Shown piece by piece: positions 27,341-35,955 of a stretch of 64,000 nucleotides of DNA (positions are counted from its first letter, which is position 1; every line of letters begins with the position of its first letter). Both the position numbers and the translations under genes were made by a program. The stretch is taken from positions 26,121 through 90,120 of IMG/VR virus record IMGVR_UViG_3300037067_006927, one strand, 5' to 3'. The notes under the pieces are model-generated. The model did no database searches. It saw only the letters and a program-made list of their open reading frames with translations, and had not been told where the DNA came from. This DNA comes from a virus (lineage: Duplodnaviria; Caudoviricetes).

Positions 27341-28090
27341 ATGACCGATTCATACGGCGCAACGTCGCTGCCACTGACGGCCATCTCGGATCCTGAACTC
27401 GAGTCTCTCGCAGACCCGGCACGTGCTCATGTCCTCGCCTTCTGCAAGGCAGTGATCGAGTACGAGTGCGAGGAGGCATGGCTGGCGCTCTGCCCGAACG
27501 AGCCGATCGTCCGCCGCACCCGCAACCACAATCCGCAGCAAGAGGATTTCTCCGACAACGACCTGCCTGCGCTGTTCGCCTGGCGTGGCGATCTCAAGCC
27601 GCAGTATTTCCAGGACGAGCATTGGGGAGACGAATCGAACATCGAGCTACTCTGGGTGTTCCCGCCGACTCCGATCCTGAACGAGTCGAGCCGGCGAAGC
27701 ATTGCGGTCGGGCTCTCGCGGGCGCTCCACAAGGCGTTCGGGCCGCTCAACGGCAGGCACCCGTCCTGGGTCGTCTCCGGAGATACGGACCCGTTCGCGG
27801 CCACCTACGGGTCGAGCCTGATCACCCACGGGAGTTTCGTATCGATCGACATGGACGGCTCGGTGCGCTCGGCCGACATGATGGTTGAGATCGCGGGCCG
27901 CAAGGTCGAGTACAGCGGGATCTATATCTCGCTCAAGTGCCGCGAGGACTTCGTCCCGGGTGACGTCCCGACTGGCTCGCTTTCGATAGGTGTGATCCAG
28001 CGTTCTGTCGATGGGCTCGATGGGTTCACGCAGTACGTAGACGAGTCGCCGGCAATCTTCCCGGCGGCATTTGATGAGGCGTTCGCCTGA
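27341..28090 (+). CDS. putative tail terminator
   Basis: position between neck gene and sheath; DLPALFAW; ends FPAAFDEAFA. Confidence 0.45.
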   Translation: MTDSYGATSLPLTAISDPELESLADPARAHVLAFCKAVIEYECEEAWLALCPNEPIVRRTRNHNPQQEDFSDNDLPALFAWRGDLKPQYFQDEHWGDESNIELLWVFPPTPILNESSRRSIAVGLSRALHKAFGPLNGRHPSWVVSGDTDPFAATYGSSLITHGSFVSIDMDGSVRSADMMVEIAGRKVEYSGIYISLKCREDFVPGDVPTGSLSIGVIQRSVDGLDGFTQYVDESPAIFPAAFDEAFA

Positions 28091-28362
28091 TGGCTGACCA
28101 GATCCGCACGCAGTCCGCCGCGCTGGCGTTCATGCCGCTCACTGCTGGGCGGCACGCCATCACGATCCAGATGATGCGCGACATCGTCTATTCGCTGTTC
28201 TCGAAAGCGTACTTCTCGACGGCGGTGACGCTGCCGTCGCTCGCCGATTCAGCGGTGCCGACACCCGCCGCGCTGAGCGTGGCTCTCTACTACTCGACCA
28301 CACAATCGGGACTTTGCTTCAAGGACTCGGCCGGCGTGGTGCACGAGATCACGTCGACCTGA
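28090..28362 (+). CDS. small virion protein (collar/fibre-like)
   Basis: TGATG coupling; ITIQMMRDIVYSL and LYY...LCFKDSAGVV motifs seen in fibre-type proteins. Confidence 0.5.
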   Translation: MADQIRTQSAALAFMPLTAGRHAITIQMMRDIVYSLFSKAYFSTAVTLPSLADSAVPTPAALSVALYYSTTQSGLCFKDSAGVVHEITST

Positions 28363-28375
28363 AAGGGGACAACCA

Positions 28376-28909
28376 ATGTCGAAGAGAGATCGCGCCGAGA
28401 GCGCGGATGCGGAGTACCGCGTCGAGTTCACGGAGCCGGAGTTCAGTACCGAGGAGGCACCGAAGCCGGAGCCCGTTGCCGAGCCGGCGCCAAGTGCGCC
28501 AGTCGCCAAGCGCGTTGCGCGTCCCGGGTTCATGCTCGTCGCGACGAATCCGTTCAGCGCTCTGGACCATCTCGGGCGTCCGTGCGGCGCCTGTCCAGTC
28601 GATCCATTCGATCCGCGCTACTACGACAAACGCAAGCCGAAGGTGACCTTCCGCGGCAACGTCGGAGCCGCGCGCGTTGCCGGAGAGGTGACGCGGCCTG
28701 CCGCTCGACTCGCCGAACTGCGCCAGCAGACGGAGCGGACGGACATCGAGTGGGCCTTCGTCCGAGAGCCATTCGAGATCCCGGAGACGAGTTTCTACAA
28801 GCGCCAGATTGCTGAGGGGACTCTTCTGGACGCGAACAACGACTACGAACGCGCGCGTGCAAACGCCCGTGCTCGGAGCAAGTGCGCGGTCGAGCCGCGA
28901 TGGACCTGA
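28376..28909 (+). CDS. hypothetical virion protein
   Basis: AAAGGGG RBS; directly upstream of the sheath. Confidence 0.55.
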   Translation: MSKRDRAESADAEYRVEFTEPEFSTEEAPKPEPVAEPAPSAPVAKRVARPGFMLVATNPFSALDHLGRPCGACPVDPFDPRYYDKRKPKVTFRGNVGAARVAGEVTRPAARLAELRQQTERTDIEWAFVREPFEIPETSFYKRQIAEGTLLDANNDYERARANARARSKCAVEPRWT

Positions 28910-28929
28910 CCCACCTGTAAGGAGCAACG

Positions 28930-30807
28930 ATGGCACTGTTATCTCTTCCCGGAATCGGCGCGACTGACAAGGTGCCCATGGCGCCGAGTCAGAACTTGTA
29001 CGGACAGGGAGCCTCGTCTGGCTCGCGTCCCTGGTTCGTCTGCTGCACCGGCAACAAGGTCGCTGCCGGCAGCATGACCGCCGATATCGACGTCCTCCCC
29101 GTCTACTCCGAGTCCGAGGTTGCCACGCTGGTCGGCGCCCGCTCGGAGATCGCACAGCAGGCACGCGAGGCGCTCGCGTCCGGCGCCGCGGTCATCCTCG
29201 CTCCCGTGCTCGAGGCGGCAGGCGGTGTCGCCGCAACGCTCGTCCTGCACTATGAGACGGTCGGCTCCGGCACCGGAAGCGTCACGCTCTACGTCGGCGA
29301 CGAGACGGTGTCATTCGTCTGCGATGTGACGTCGAAGCAGACCACCATGAACGCCGCCGCGACTGCGGTGAATGCGAAGTCGACGCTCTTCTGCGTCGCC
29401 ACGGTGGGCGGTGCTCCGGACTACGACGTGACGCTTACCTGCGCCAACGCTGGCCTTCGCGGAAACGACTGGCTCGCCAAGGCGGACACGACCGCTGCGC
29501 CCGCCGGCTCTGCGTGGACGTTCGGGTTCGCCGAGGACGTCGACTCGGTCATGCTGTCCTTCGCCACGACGGCCGGAGCCACGCACTATGGCGATCACGG
29601 CGGCGCAACCGGTCCACTCACCGGCGCTCTGGTGGTCGGCGGAGACGCGCTGTGCCCCCCTGCTCGTCGCGTGACGGTGACCGTTGCTGCTTCGGTTGGC
29701 AGCTACGTCAATCTCTCCGAGATCACGGTGACCGGCACGACTCTCGCCGGAGCTCCGCTGGTTGAGGTTCTTGTCATCACCGGCACCGCCGGTGGCATTC
29801 TGCTCACCACGGTCGGTTCGTTCGCCACGGTGAACCGAATCGACATCGAGGCGCAGGCCGACGCGAACGGCCACTTCCAGATCGGCACCGAGTATTCGGA
29901 CGGAGTCGAGACGACTGCCGGATACGTGCACTTCACCGGCGGAACCGGTTCCGACGACTGCTCGAACGTCATCAATCTGCTCGAGGCTACGGAGTACCGG
30001 CGCATCGCTGCGGCGCAGAACGACGCCGTCAACGCTGCCCGGTGGGAGGCGCACGCTGACTCCGAATCGGCGCCGCTGCTCGACCACCTGGAGCAGATCA
30101 TCTTCGGCCACAACGGCACCAGCGCCGCGGCAATCTCGCTCGCTCAGACGACGCTCAACGCCTTCCTCTGTGCCATGTACCCGCGCCGGAACTCTCGCAA
30201 GCACCCGTGCCAGATCGCGGCCAAGGTGGCGGCCAATCGCGCCGTGTACGAGGCGCAGAATCCGCACGAGCGATTCGACGGCAAGTGGAACGACCAGGGC
30301 AGCAAGCTCTGGACTACCGTTTCCGCGGCCGCATCTGACGAGTGGACGCACGCCGAGATGGTCGCTCTCCTGGACGCCGGCTGCTCGCCGTTGCACGACT
30401 TCGGCGGGACCACCTGCATCGTCCGGAGCGTCACCAGCCACTCGCTCAACGGTACCGACCCCGACTGGCGTTGCCTGGATACGGCGTGGGTCACGGTGTC
30501 GCAGCGCGTCCGCGATGACGTCGAGGCACTGGCCACGACCGAGGCCGAGAACAACACAGGAGTCGGACCAGACCTGCCAGATGGGATGCCGCAGATCAGC
30601 GGACGCAGCACGCCGAAGATCTGGAACGGCACCGTCAACGCATACCTCGAAGAGAAGGAACGCGCTGGCTGGCTGAAGGACGTCGCGTTGAACCCTCCGA
30701 TCACGGAGTACAACGACGACGCCGACAGGCTCGAGACGATCGTGCCGTGCGTGGTGTGTCCGCACCAGCACCAGATCTTCACGTCGGTTCGGCAGATCGC
30801 CGGCTGA
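28930..30807 (+). CDS. contractile tail sheath protein (Mu gpL-like) with inserted domain
   Basis: GARSEIAQ, GSVTLYVG, VTLTCANAGLRGND, GGTGSDD, LLDAGCSPL, IVRSVT. Confidence 0.9.
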   Translation: MALLSLPGIGATDKVPMAPSQNLYGQGASSGSRPWFVCCTGNKVAAGSMTADIDVLPVYSESEVATLVGARSEIAQQAREALASGAAVILAPVLEAAGGVAATLVLHYETVGSGTGSVTLYVGDETVSFVCDVTSKQTTMNAAATAVNAKSTLFCVATVGGAPDYDVTLTCANAGLRGNDWLAKADTTAAPAGSAWTFGFAEDVDSVMLSFATTAGATHYGDHGGATGPLTGALVVGGDALCPPARRVTVTVAASVGSYVNLSEITVTGTTLAGAPLVEVLVITGTAGGILLTTVGSFATVNRIDIEAQADANGHFQIGTEYSDGVETTAGYVHFTGGTGSDDCSNVINLLEATEYRRIAAAQNDAVNAARWEAHADSESAPLLDHLEQIIFGHNGTSAAAISLAQTTLNAFLCAMYPRRNSRKHPCQIAAKVAANRAVYEAQNPHERFDGKWNDQGSKLWTTVSAAASDEWTHAEMVALLDAGCSPLHDFGGTTCIVRSVTSHSLNGTDPDWRCLDTAWVTVSQRVRDDVEALATTEAENNTGVGPDLPDGMPQISGRSTPKIWNGTVNAYLEEKERAGWLKDVALNPPITEYNDDADRLETIVPCVVCPHQHQIFTSVRQIAG

Positions 30808-30815
30808 CCAACCTT

Positions 30816-30873
30816 TCGGCGCCCGCGCTTCGCCGCGGCTGTCCCCCTCCGCTTCGCTGAGGCGCGGGCGCCG
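30816..30873 (+). other. 13-bp perfect inverted repeat between sheath and tube genes
   Basis: TCGGCGCCCGCGC 30816-30828 pairs with GCGCGGGCGCCGA 30861-30873. Confidence 0.6.
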
Positions 30874-30916
30874 ATCCTCTACCGCGGGCCGCGTGCCCGG
30901 AAGGGATTGATCCATC

Positions 30917-31285
30917 ATGGCGAGCAAGTTTCGCGCGGCCTCCACGTTCTGGAACGGGAAGCGCATGTCCTACGCCACGAACGGCGAGTGGACTCCAAGC
31001 ACGAGCGGTGGCGAGGACGTCATCACCGAGGACGGTTTCCAGGACGTCACCGACGGCGCCGAGATCAACGAGGTGTCGATCGACTACGCGATCCCGTACC
31101 TCGGGACTGGCATCGTGCTGAAGGTGCACGACCGCGGAACGCTCACGGTCGCTGCGCCGAATACGCAGGTGATCACGATGCCCAACTGCGTCGTGATGGA
31201 AGCACCTGTCACGTGGGATCACGTCAAGGGAACGATGACTGGCAAGTACCGCTTCCGATGCGGTAAGGCGACCCGCACGGGCTAG
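30917..31285 (+). CDS. tail tube protein
   Basis: 122-aa beta-rich protein directly after the sheath. Confidence 0.8.
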   Translation: MASKFRAASTFWNGKRMSYATNGEWTPSTSGGEDVITEDGFQDVTDGAEINEVSIDYAIPYLGTGIVLKVHDRGTLTVAAPNTQVITMPNCVVMEAPVTWDHVKGTMTGKYRFRCGKATRTG

Positions 31286-31303
31286 TGAGTGTCGGGGGAC
31301 AAC

Positions 31304-31993
31304 ATGAGCAAAGCTTCTCAGCTGGTACGTGGATACCTGCAAACTAAGATCGTTCCACTCCCGCTCGCGGGGGTGCGCGGTCAATCTCTCCTCGACGGGC
31401 CCCATCCCGACGGCGAGCCAGGGGGCACCACTCCTGGCCCCGTCGCGGTGGGGCTCAAGCCGCTTCCGCCCTGGGACGAGGCGGAGATTCGGGCGCGGGC
31501 TCTCGAGTACGCAAAGAGTCACGGCATCGAGAATCCCGCCGAGGATGGCGAGGTGGTCGAGTTCGGCAAGGCCATCTATAGGTGCCTGATTGGCGTCGTC
31601 GATGCGGAGTCGGACCCGCATTCACCGTTGCCATTCTTCGACGGTGGGATCGAGCAAATCGAGCGCATGACCGAGCTCGGGCGCGATGGTGTACTGACGC
31701 TCTCGCGGATGCATGAGACGTATCAGGACGAGGTCGGCGGGCAGATCGAAGACTGGGGTGAGGATGGTCTAAAGGCGGCAGCCGAGGAGCTGGCGGGCCC
31801 GCGCGGAGGTTTTTTCTGGTTTGCCTTGCGGCCCGGTATGCAACTGAGTTACGCGCTTTTTTCGGCACGCCTGCTGCTCAGCTTACTGGAGGACAAGTCT
31901 ACTTCTGGCTCTGGCTCCGTGGCGGCGGATCCTTCGACTGGCTCAAGCCCAAAGAGGAGTGAGCCAGCGCAGCGCACGCGAGGACGCAAGTGA
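31304..31993 (+). CDS. tail assembly chaperone
   Basis: after tube, before tape measure; contains a slippery heptamer. Confidence 0.7.
   Translation: MSKASQLVRGYLQTKIVPLPLAGVRGQSLLDGPHPDGEPGGTTPGPVAVGLKPLPPWDEAEIRARALEYAKSHGIENPAEDGEVVEFGKAIYRCLIGVVDAESDPHSPLPFFDGGIEQIERMTELGRDGVLTLSRMHETYQDEVGGQIEDWGEDGLKAAAEELAGPRGGFFWFALRPGMQLSYALFSARLLLSLLEDKSTSGSGSVAADPSTGSSPKRSEPAQRTRGRK
31810..31816 (+). promoter_or_regulatory. programmed -1 ribosomal frameshift heptamer T TTT TTC
   Basis: in-frame GGT TTT TTC; the -1 frame stays open to TGA at 31960-31962 (FFLVCLAARYATELRAFFGTPAAQLTGGQVYFWLWLRGGSFDWLKPKEE). Confidence 0.7.
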
Positions 31994-32508
31994 ATGCGTC
32001 GAAGGCAGTCGTCGCCAAGCGCCCTGCTTTGCGCTCGGTGCGCCTCGTACCAGAGGACTGGGCGACGTCATGGGAAGCGCGCCCGCGCGAGCCGGTAGCG
32101 ATCGGACTGCGCACGATCTCCGACTACGAGGAGTCGGTAGCGAGACGCGAGGCAGCGGCGCAGGCGGAGGCAACGACCGCCGGAGAGATTCGTCCCGACG
32201 AGTACAACGATGCGCTGATGGCCGGCGTAGTCGCTGCCGCCGTCTGCAACCCGAACGACCAGACGCGCGACCCCGCTCATATCCCAACACCGGCCGCGAC
32301 GTTGCGCCAGGCACTGACCTCGCGCGCAATCCGTCGGCTGTTCTGCGAGTGGGAAGTGATGTGCGCCGATGCCTCTCCGTCGGCGCCGCACGCTACGGAC
32401 GACGACGTCGAGGAATTGCTCGAACTTCTCACCGACGAGAATCTGGACCTGAACGATCGCGCACGCCGATTCATGGCAGCGCTGCTTGATGAACTTCGCG
32501 GAGACTGA
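31990..32508 (+). CDS. second tail-chaperone-like paralogue
   Basis: PVAIGLRTISDYEESVARREA aligns with PVAVGLKPLPPWDEAEIRARA of the upstream gene. Confidence 0.6.
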   Translation: MNASKAVVAKRPALRSVRLVPEDWATSWEARPREPVAIGLRTISDYEESVARREAAAQAEATTAGEIRPDEYNDALMAGVVAAAVCNPNDQTRDPAHIPTPAATLRQALTSRAIRRLFCEWEVMCADASPSAPHATDDDVEELLELLTDENLDLNDRARRFMAALLDELRGD

Positions 32509-32511
32509 CCA

Positions 32512-32733
32512 GTGGCACCGCGTGGGTGGATGAAGCGATGCGTGCGCTGCGGGTCGCGGGTGAGAAGCGATCACGGAACGTGCGCCTGCGGGGCCTACGA
32601 GTGGGAGATGAGCGTGTCGGTCGTTTCGTCAACGTCGTATCGAACGGCCAAGTCCGTTGGTTACACATTCTCTTTCCGTCCGGTACCAGACGATAGCGGC
32701 ATATTCAGCCTGCGCGAACTGCTTGGAACGTAG
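32512..32733 (+). CDS. small Zn-ribbon protein
   Basis: CVRCG...CACG; fills the gap before the tape measure. Confidence 0.4.
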   Translation: MAPRGWMKRCVRCGSRVRSDHGTCACGAYEWEMSVSVVSSTSYRTAKSVGYTFSFRPVPDDSGIFSLRELLGT

Positions 32734-32736
32734 CCC

Positions 32737-35058
32737 ATGGCCCCGCCGGTTATCGTAAGAGTCGGGTGTGCCCTCGACTCCTCCGTAGAGAAGTCCTTCC
32801 GCGACTTCGAGCGGCGGGCGGCGCAGGCGTCGGCGCGGGCTGAGCAGGCCATGGGGCGCGGCGGGCGGCGCCGGGTGCTCGACGATGGCGCTGTGGTGGC
32901 CGCCAAGGCCACCGAGCGGAAGGTGACCCAGGCGGTCGAGGGCGAATCGAAAGCGCGTCTCAAGGCGTTCCAGGCGGAAGCACGGGAGCGGCTGCGCGAG
33001 ACGCGGCAATCCAACCGGCAACTACTCTCCGAGATCAGCAAGTTCGACCGCGAGACGGCCAAGGCACAGCGCGCATCGCAACGCGAATCCGAGAAGCTGG
33101 CGCGCACCCACTACCGCGAGCTTGACCGCTTCGCCACCCGTACCAGCCACCGAACGACCCGCTTCTTGATGCCTAACGCGCCGCTGGCGTCCATGGCTCG
33201 GCGTGGCGTGTCGGACGTGCTCCGCGGCATTGGGATCGACCCGTCGATCCAGGGCGCCGTTTCCCGATCGACGGAGCTACAGAAGAGCGCGGTCGCTCTG
33301 TCCACAGCTGGCTACATCCCGGGAGAGAAGGGACCAGCCGGATCCCGCGTCGACGCCGGAGTGCTGCAAGCCGAAGCGCGCACCACGGCGGAGAAATTCT
33401 CACTCGACTCGCAGTCGGTGATCGAGGCGCAAGACCAGTTCGTGAAGCTCACTGGCGACCTGGCTACGTCGCGGCAGATGATGGGCGAGTTGTCCGGGCT
33501 GAGCATCGCATCGGGCGCGAGCCTCCAGGACATGGCGACGGCTGCCGGCGAACTCTCGAACGCGCTTGGCGACATGGGATCGCCAGAAGAGAAGATGAAG
33601 TCGATCAGCGGCGCACTCCGCACGCTGTCGGCACAAGGCAAGATCGGGTCCGTCGAGATCAAGGATTACGCGCGCTACATGGCGCATCTAGGCGGCACCG
33701 TCGGCCAGTTCGGCGGCGACCGTGGAACGCGCATCGCGCAGTTCGGTGCGCTGACGCAGTTGGTCCGCAAGTACGGCGGCGGCACGTCTGCTGCCGTTGC
33801 CACCCGTGCGATCAGTGGCTTCGCGAATACGCTATCAACTCCGGCTCGGCGCGCTCAGTTCGCCAAGAACGACGTAGCAATCGAGGACGCAAGCGGGATG
33901 TTCCGCGACCCGTTCGCCATCCTGCGTGACGCCATCAAGAAGACGGGCGGGAAGACCGAGCCGCTCAAGGAGATGTTCGCCAACGTCATTGGCGCGAAGT
34001 CGGTCACGGGTCTGTCGAACATCTACAAGCAGGCCGGCGGCGGCGACAAAGGAATGGCCGCCATCGACTCCGAGCTCAAGCGCATGATGGACGCGAACTC
34101 GATGACCGACAAGGCCGTCGCAGAAGCTGTCACCAAGTACGAGGACACGACCGCTGCTAAGGCAAAGCGGTTCCAGGCGCAGATCGACAAGATCGTCGAG
34201 TCGGCAGCGACGAAGCTGATCCCGTCCCTCGAGAAGATGGCTCCGGCTGCTCTACGGGTCGCCGATGGGCTGTCGCGCCTGGCGCAGTTTGCTGCGGCGA
34301 ATCCGGGTACCGCGATCTCGCTGGCAATCGCTGCCGTGATCGCACGTGCGGGTATTGAGAGCGCCTTCCGCACGGGGATCGAACGGGCCATCATGGGCGC
34401 GTCTCGTCTCGGTGGAGGGCCCGGAGGCGGCGGAGGAATCGTCACCACCGGAGGCGGTGGCGCCGGAAAGCCAGGCGGCTTCGTTGGACCGGGTGGAGCC
34501 ATCGGCGCACTTGGCGCCGCCGTAACCATCACCGCAACAGCGGTTACGCTATACGCGACCGGAACGATCGTCATCGACGAGCTACTCGGGAAGCTCGGAA
34601 AAGAGAAGTCCAAAGAGGTGATGACGGACGTGCAGGAGTTCAACACCACCGAGACGTTGCGGCGCAGGGCACGCGAGCAAGGTGGCCGTCTCTCCGAAGA
34701 GGACATGAAGACTCTGGGGGAGATCGAGAAGAAGAAGGCTGGTCGATTGGCTTCTGCGGAGTCAGACGCCAACCTGCGCGAATCGCAGGGACTCGGCGCG
34801 AACGGACCATCCTGGTGGATGACGGGGCTCGGTGGGCCCATGGGCGCCCCTCCAATGGGTGGGATGCCGGGCACCGGAGCCGGAACCGTGGTCGGAAAGA
34901 ATCGCGACCAGGAACAGATAGAGACGCTACGCACGGAACTCGGCGCCCTCCAGTCACTGCTGCGCGGGACCCTTACCGTGAACGTGGCAAACGCTGACGA
35001 GATTCGCCCGGCGAAGGGTGCCGTTACAGACCCGAGCGGACGCGACGGAGAAGTGTGA
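32737..35058 (+). CDS. tail tape measure protein
   Basis: 773 aa, Ala/Gly-rich helical; follows chaperones, precedes the Mu-like circularisation gene. Confidence 0.88.
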   Translation: MAPPVIVRVGCALDSSVEKSFRDFERRAAQASARAEQAMGRGGRRRVLDDGAVVAAKATERKVTQAVEGESKARLKAFQAEARERLRETRQSNRQLLSEISKFDRETAKAQRASQRESEKLARTHYRELDRFATRTSHRTTRFLMPNAPLASMARRGVSDVLRGIGIDPSIQGAVSRSTELQKSAVALSTAGYIPGEKGPAGSRVDAGVLQAEARTTAEKFSLDSQSVIEAQDQFVKLTGDLATSRQMMGELSGLSIASGASLQDMATAAGELSNALGDMGSPEEKMKSISGALRTLSAQGKIGSVEIKDYARYMAHLGGTVGQFGGDRGTRIAQFGALTQLVRKYGGGTSAAVATRAISGFANTLSTPARRAQFAKNDVAIEDASGMFRDPFAILRDAIKKTGGKTEPLKEMFANVIGAKSVTGLSNIYKQAGGGDKGMAAIDSELKRMMDANSMTDKAVAEAVTKYEDTTAAKAKRFQAQIDKIVESAATKLIPSLEKMAPAALRVADGLSRLAQFAAANPGTAISLAIAAVIARAGIESAFRTGIERAIMGASRLGGGPGGGGGIVTTGGGGAGKPGGFVGPGGAIGALGAAVTITATAVTLYATGTIVIDELLGKLGKEKSKEVMTDVQEFNTTETLRRRAREQGGRLSEEDMKTLGEIEKKKAGRLASAESDANLRESQGLGANGPSWWMTGLGGPMGAPPMGGMPGTGAGTVVGKNRDQEQIETLRTELGALQSLLRGTLTVNVANADEIRPAKGAVTDPSGRDGEV

Positions 35059-35061
35059 TCC

Positions 35062-35952
35062 GTGGCAACCTACCTCTCGGGATTGAAACGTCTGTCGTTT
35101 GACGGCATCACGATCCCATACGCGAAGATCCGCGTCACGGGTGGGCAGCGCGAGCACGTGCACGAGTTCCCGAAGGTGCCGGGTGGGCTCCCTGAACTCT
35201 TCGGGCGCAAGCTGTATGAGATCAATATCACCGGTCGCATCGACGAAGGAATCATGCGCGCCGGTGGGTACTACATGGGGCGCAACCTGTTCTCGGATCT
35301 GAACCTGCTGGCGTCGTATTGGGAGATCGGAATCCGAGGAAGCCTGTACCTGCCGAACATCGGTGAGATCAAAGCCTACGCAACTTCGTGGACGCGCGAA
35401 CTGGAAACCAAGGTCACTTCGGGCGAATCGTTCGAGGTCAGCTTTCGCGAGGACTCGGACTCCGCAACGATGCTCGCACAGACGCTGCTCAGCCAACCGA
35501 CAGCAGCGACGGCAACCGCGCTCGGTGCATTCACTGGCGGGCTGCCGACTCCGCACGATTCGATCTTCGATACCATCCGCAACGCGGTGAACGGGATCCT
35601 GGCCTTCAAGGATCAGGGCGAGATGTGGGCTGGGTTCATGTCGATGAAGCTCCAGGGTCTGTTCGCGCTGTTCGAGCAAGCCTACGTGGAGAGCGCCGCG
35701 ATCTGGAATGACCCGCTCAACTTCCAGTTGCTTGAGGACTTCAAGGCGCTCTGGTCCGCGTGCCAGCAGATGCAAGACAGCGGTGGCCAACTGCTCGTCT
35801 ACGTGACACCGAAGGATACGGACGTCTCGGGTGCGTCGATTCTGATCTACGGAGACACCGCGCACGCGACCGACCTGCTGAACTTGAACGCACTGCCGGA
35901 TCCGTACTCTATCCCGGCGGGAACCTCCCTTAACTACTTCGCGGCGGCGTGA
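35062..35952 (+). CDS. Mu gpN-like DNA circularisation/tube initiator protein with C-terminal LysM-like domain
   Basis: LSFDGITIP..VTGGQREHVHEFP..ELFGRK; C-terminal IYGD..ATDLLNLNALPDPYSIPAGTSL. Confidence 0.82.
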   Translation: MATYLSGLKRLSFDGITIPYAKIRVTGGQREHVHEFPKVPGGLPELFGRKLYEINITGRIDEGIMRAGGYYMGRNLFSDLNLLASYWEIGIRGSLYLPNIGEIKAYATSWTRELETKVTSGESFEVSFREDSDSATMLAQTLLSQPTAATATALGAFTGGLPTPHDSIFDTIRNAVNGILAFKDQGEMWAGFMSMKLQGLFALFEQAYVESAAIWNDPLNFQLLEDFKALWSACQQMQDSGGQLLVYVTPKDTDVSGASILIYGDTAHATDLLNLNALPDPYSIPAGTSLNYFAAA

Positions 35953-35955
35953 GCC

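Noticed and set aside
23317-30966. Long minus-strand ORFs (23317-24696, 24697-25956, 29311-30966; similar at 43699-46200)
   Set aside because: Shadow frames of high-GC3 + strand structural genes; Arg/Gly-rich and motif-free.
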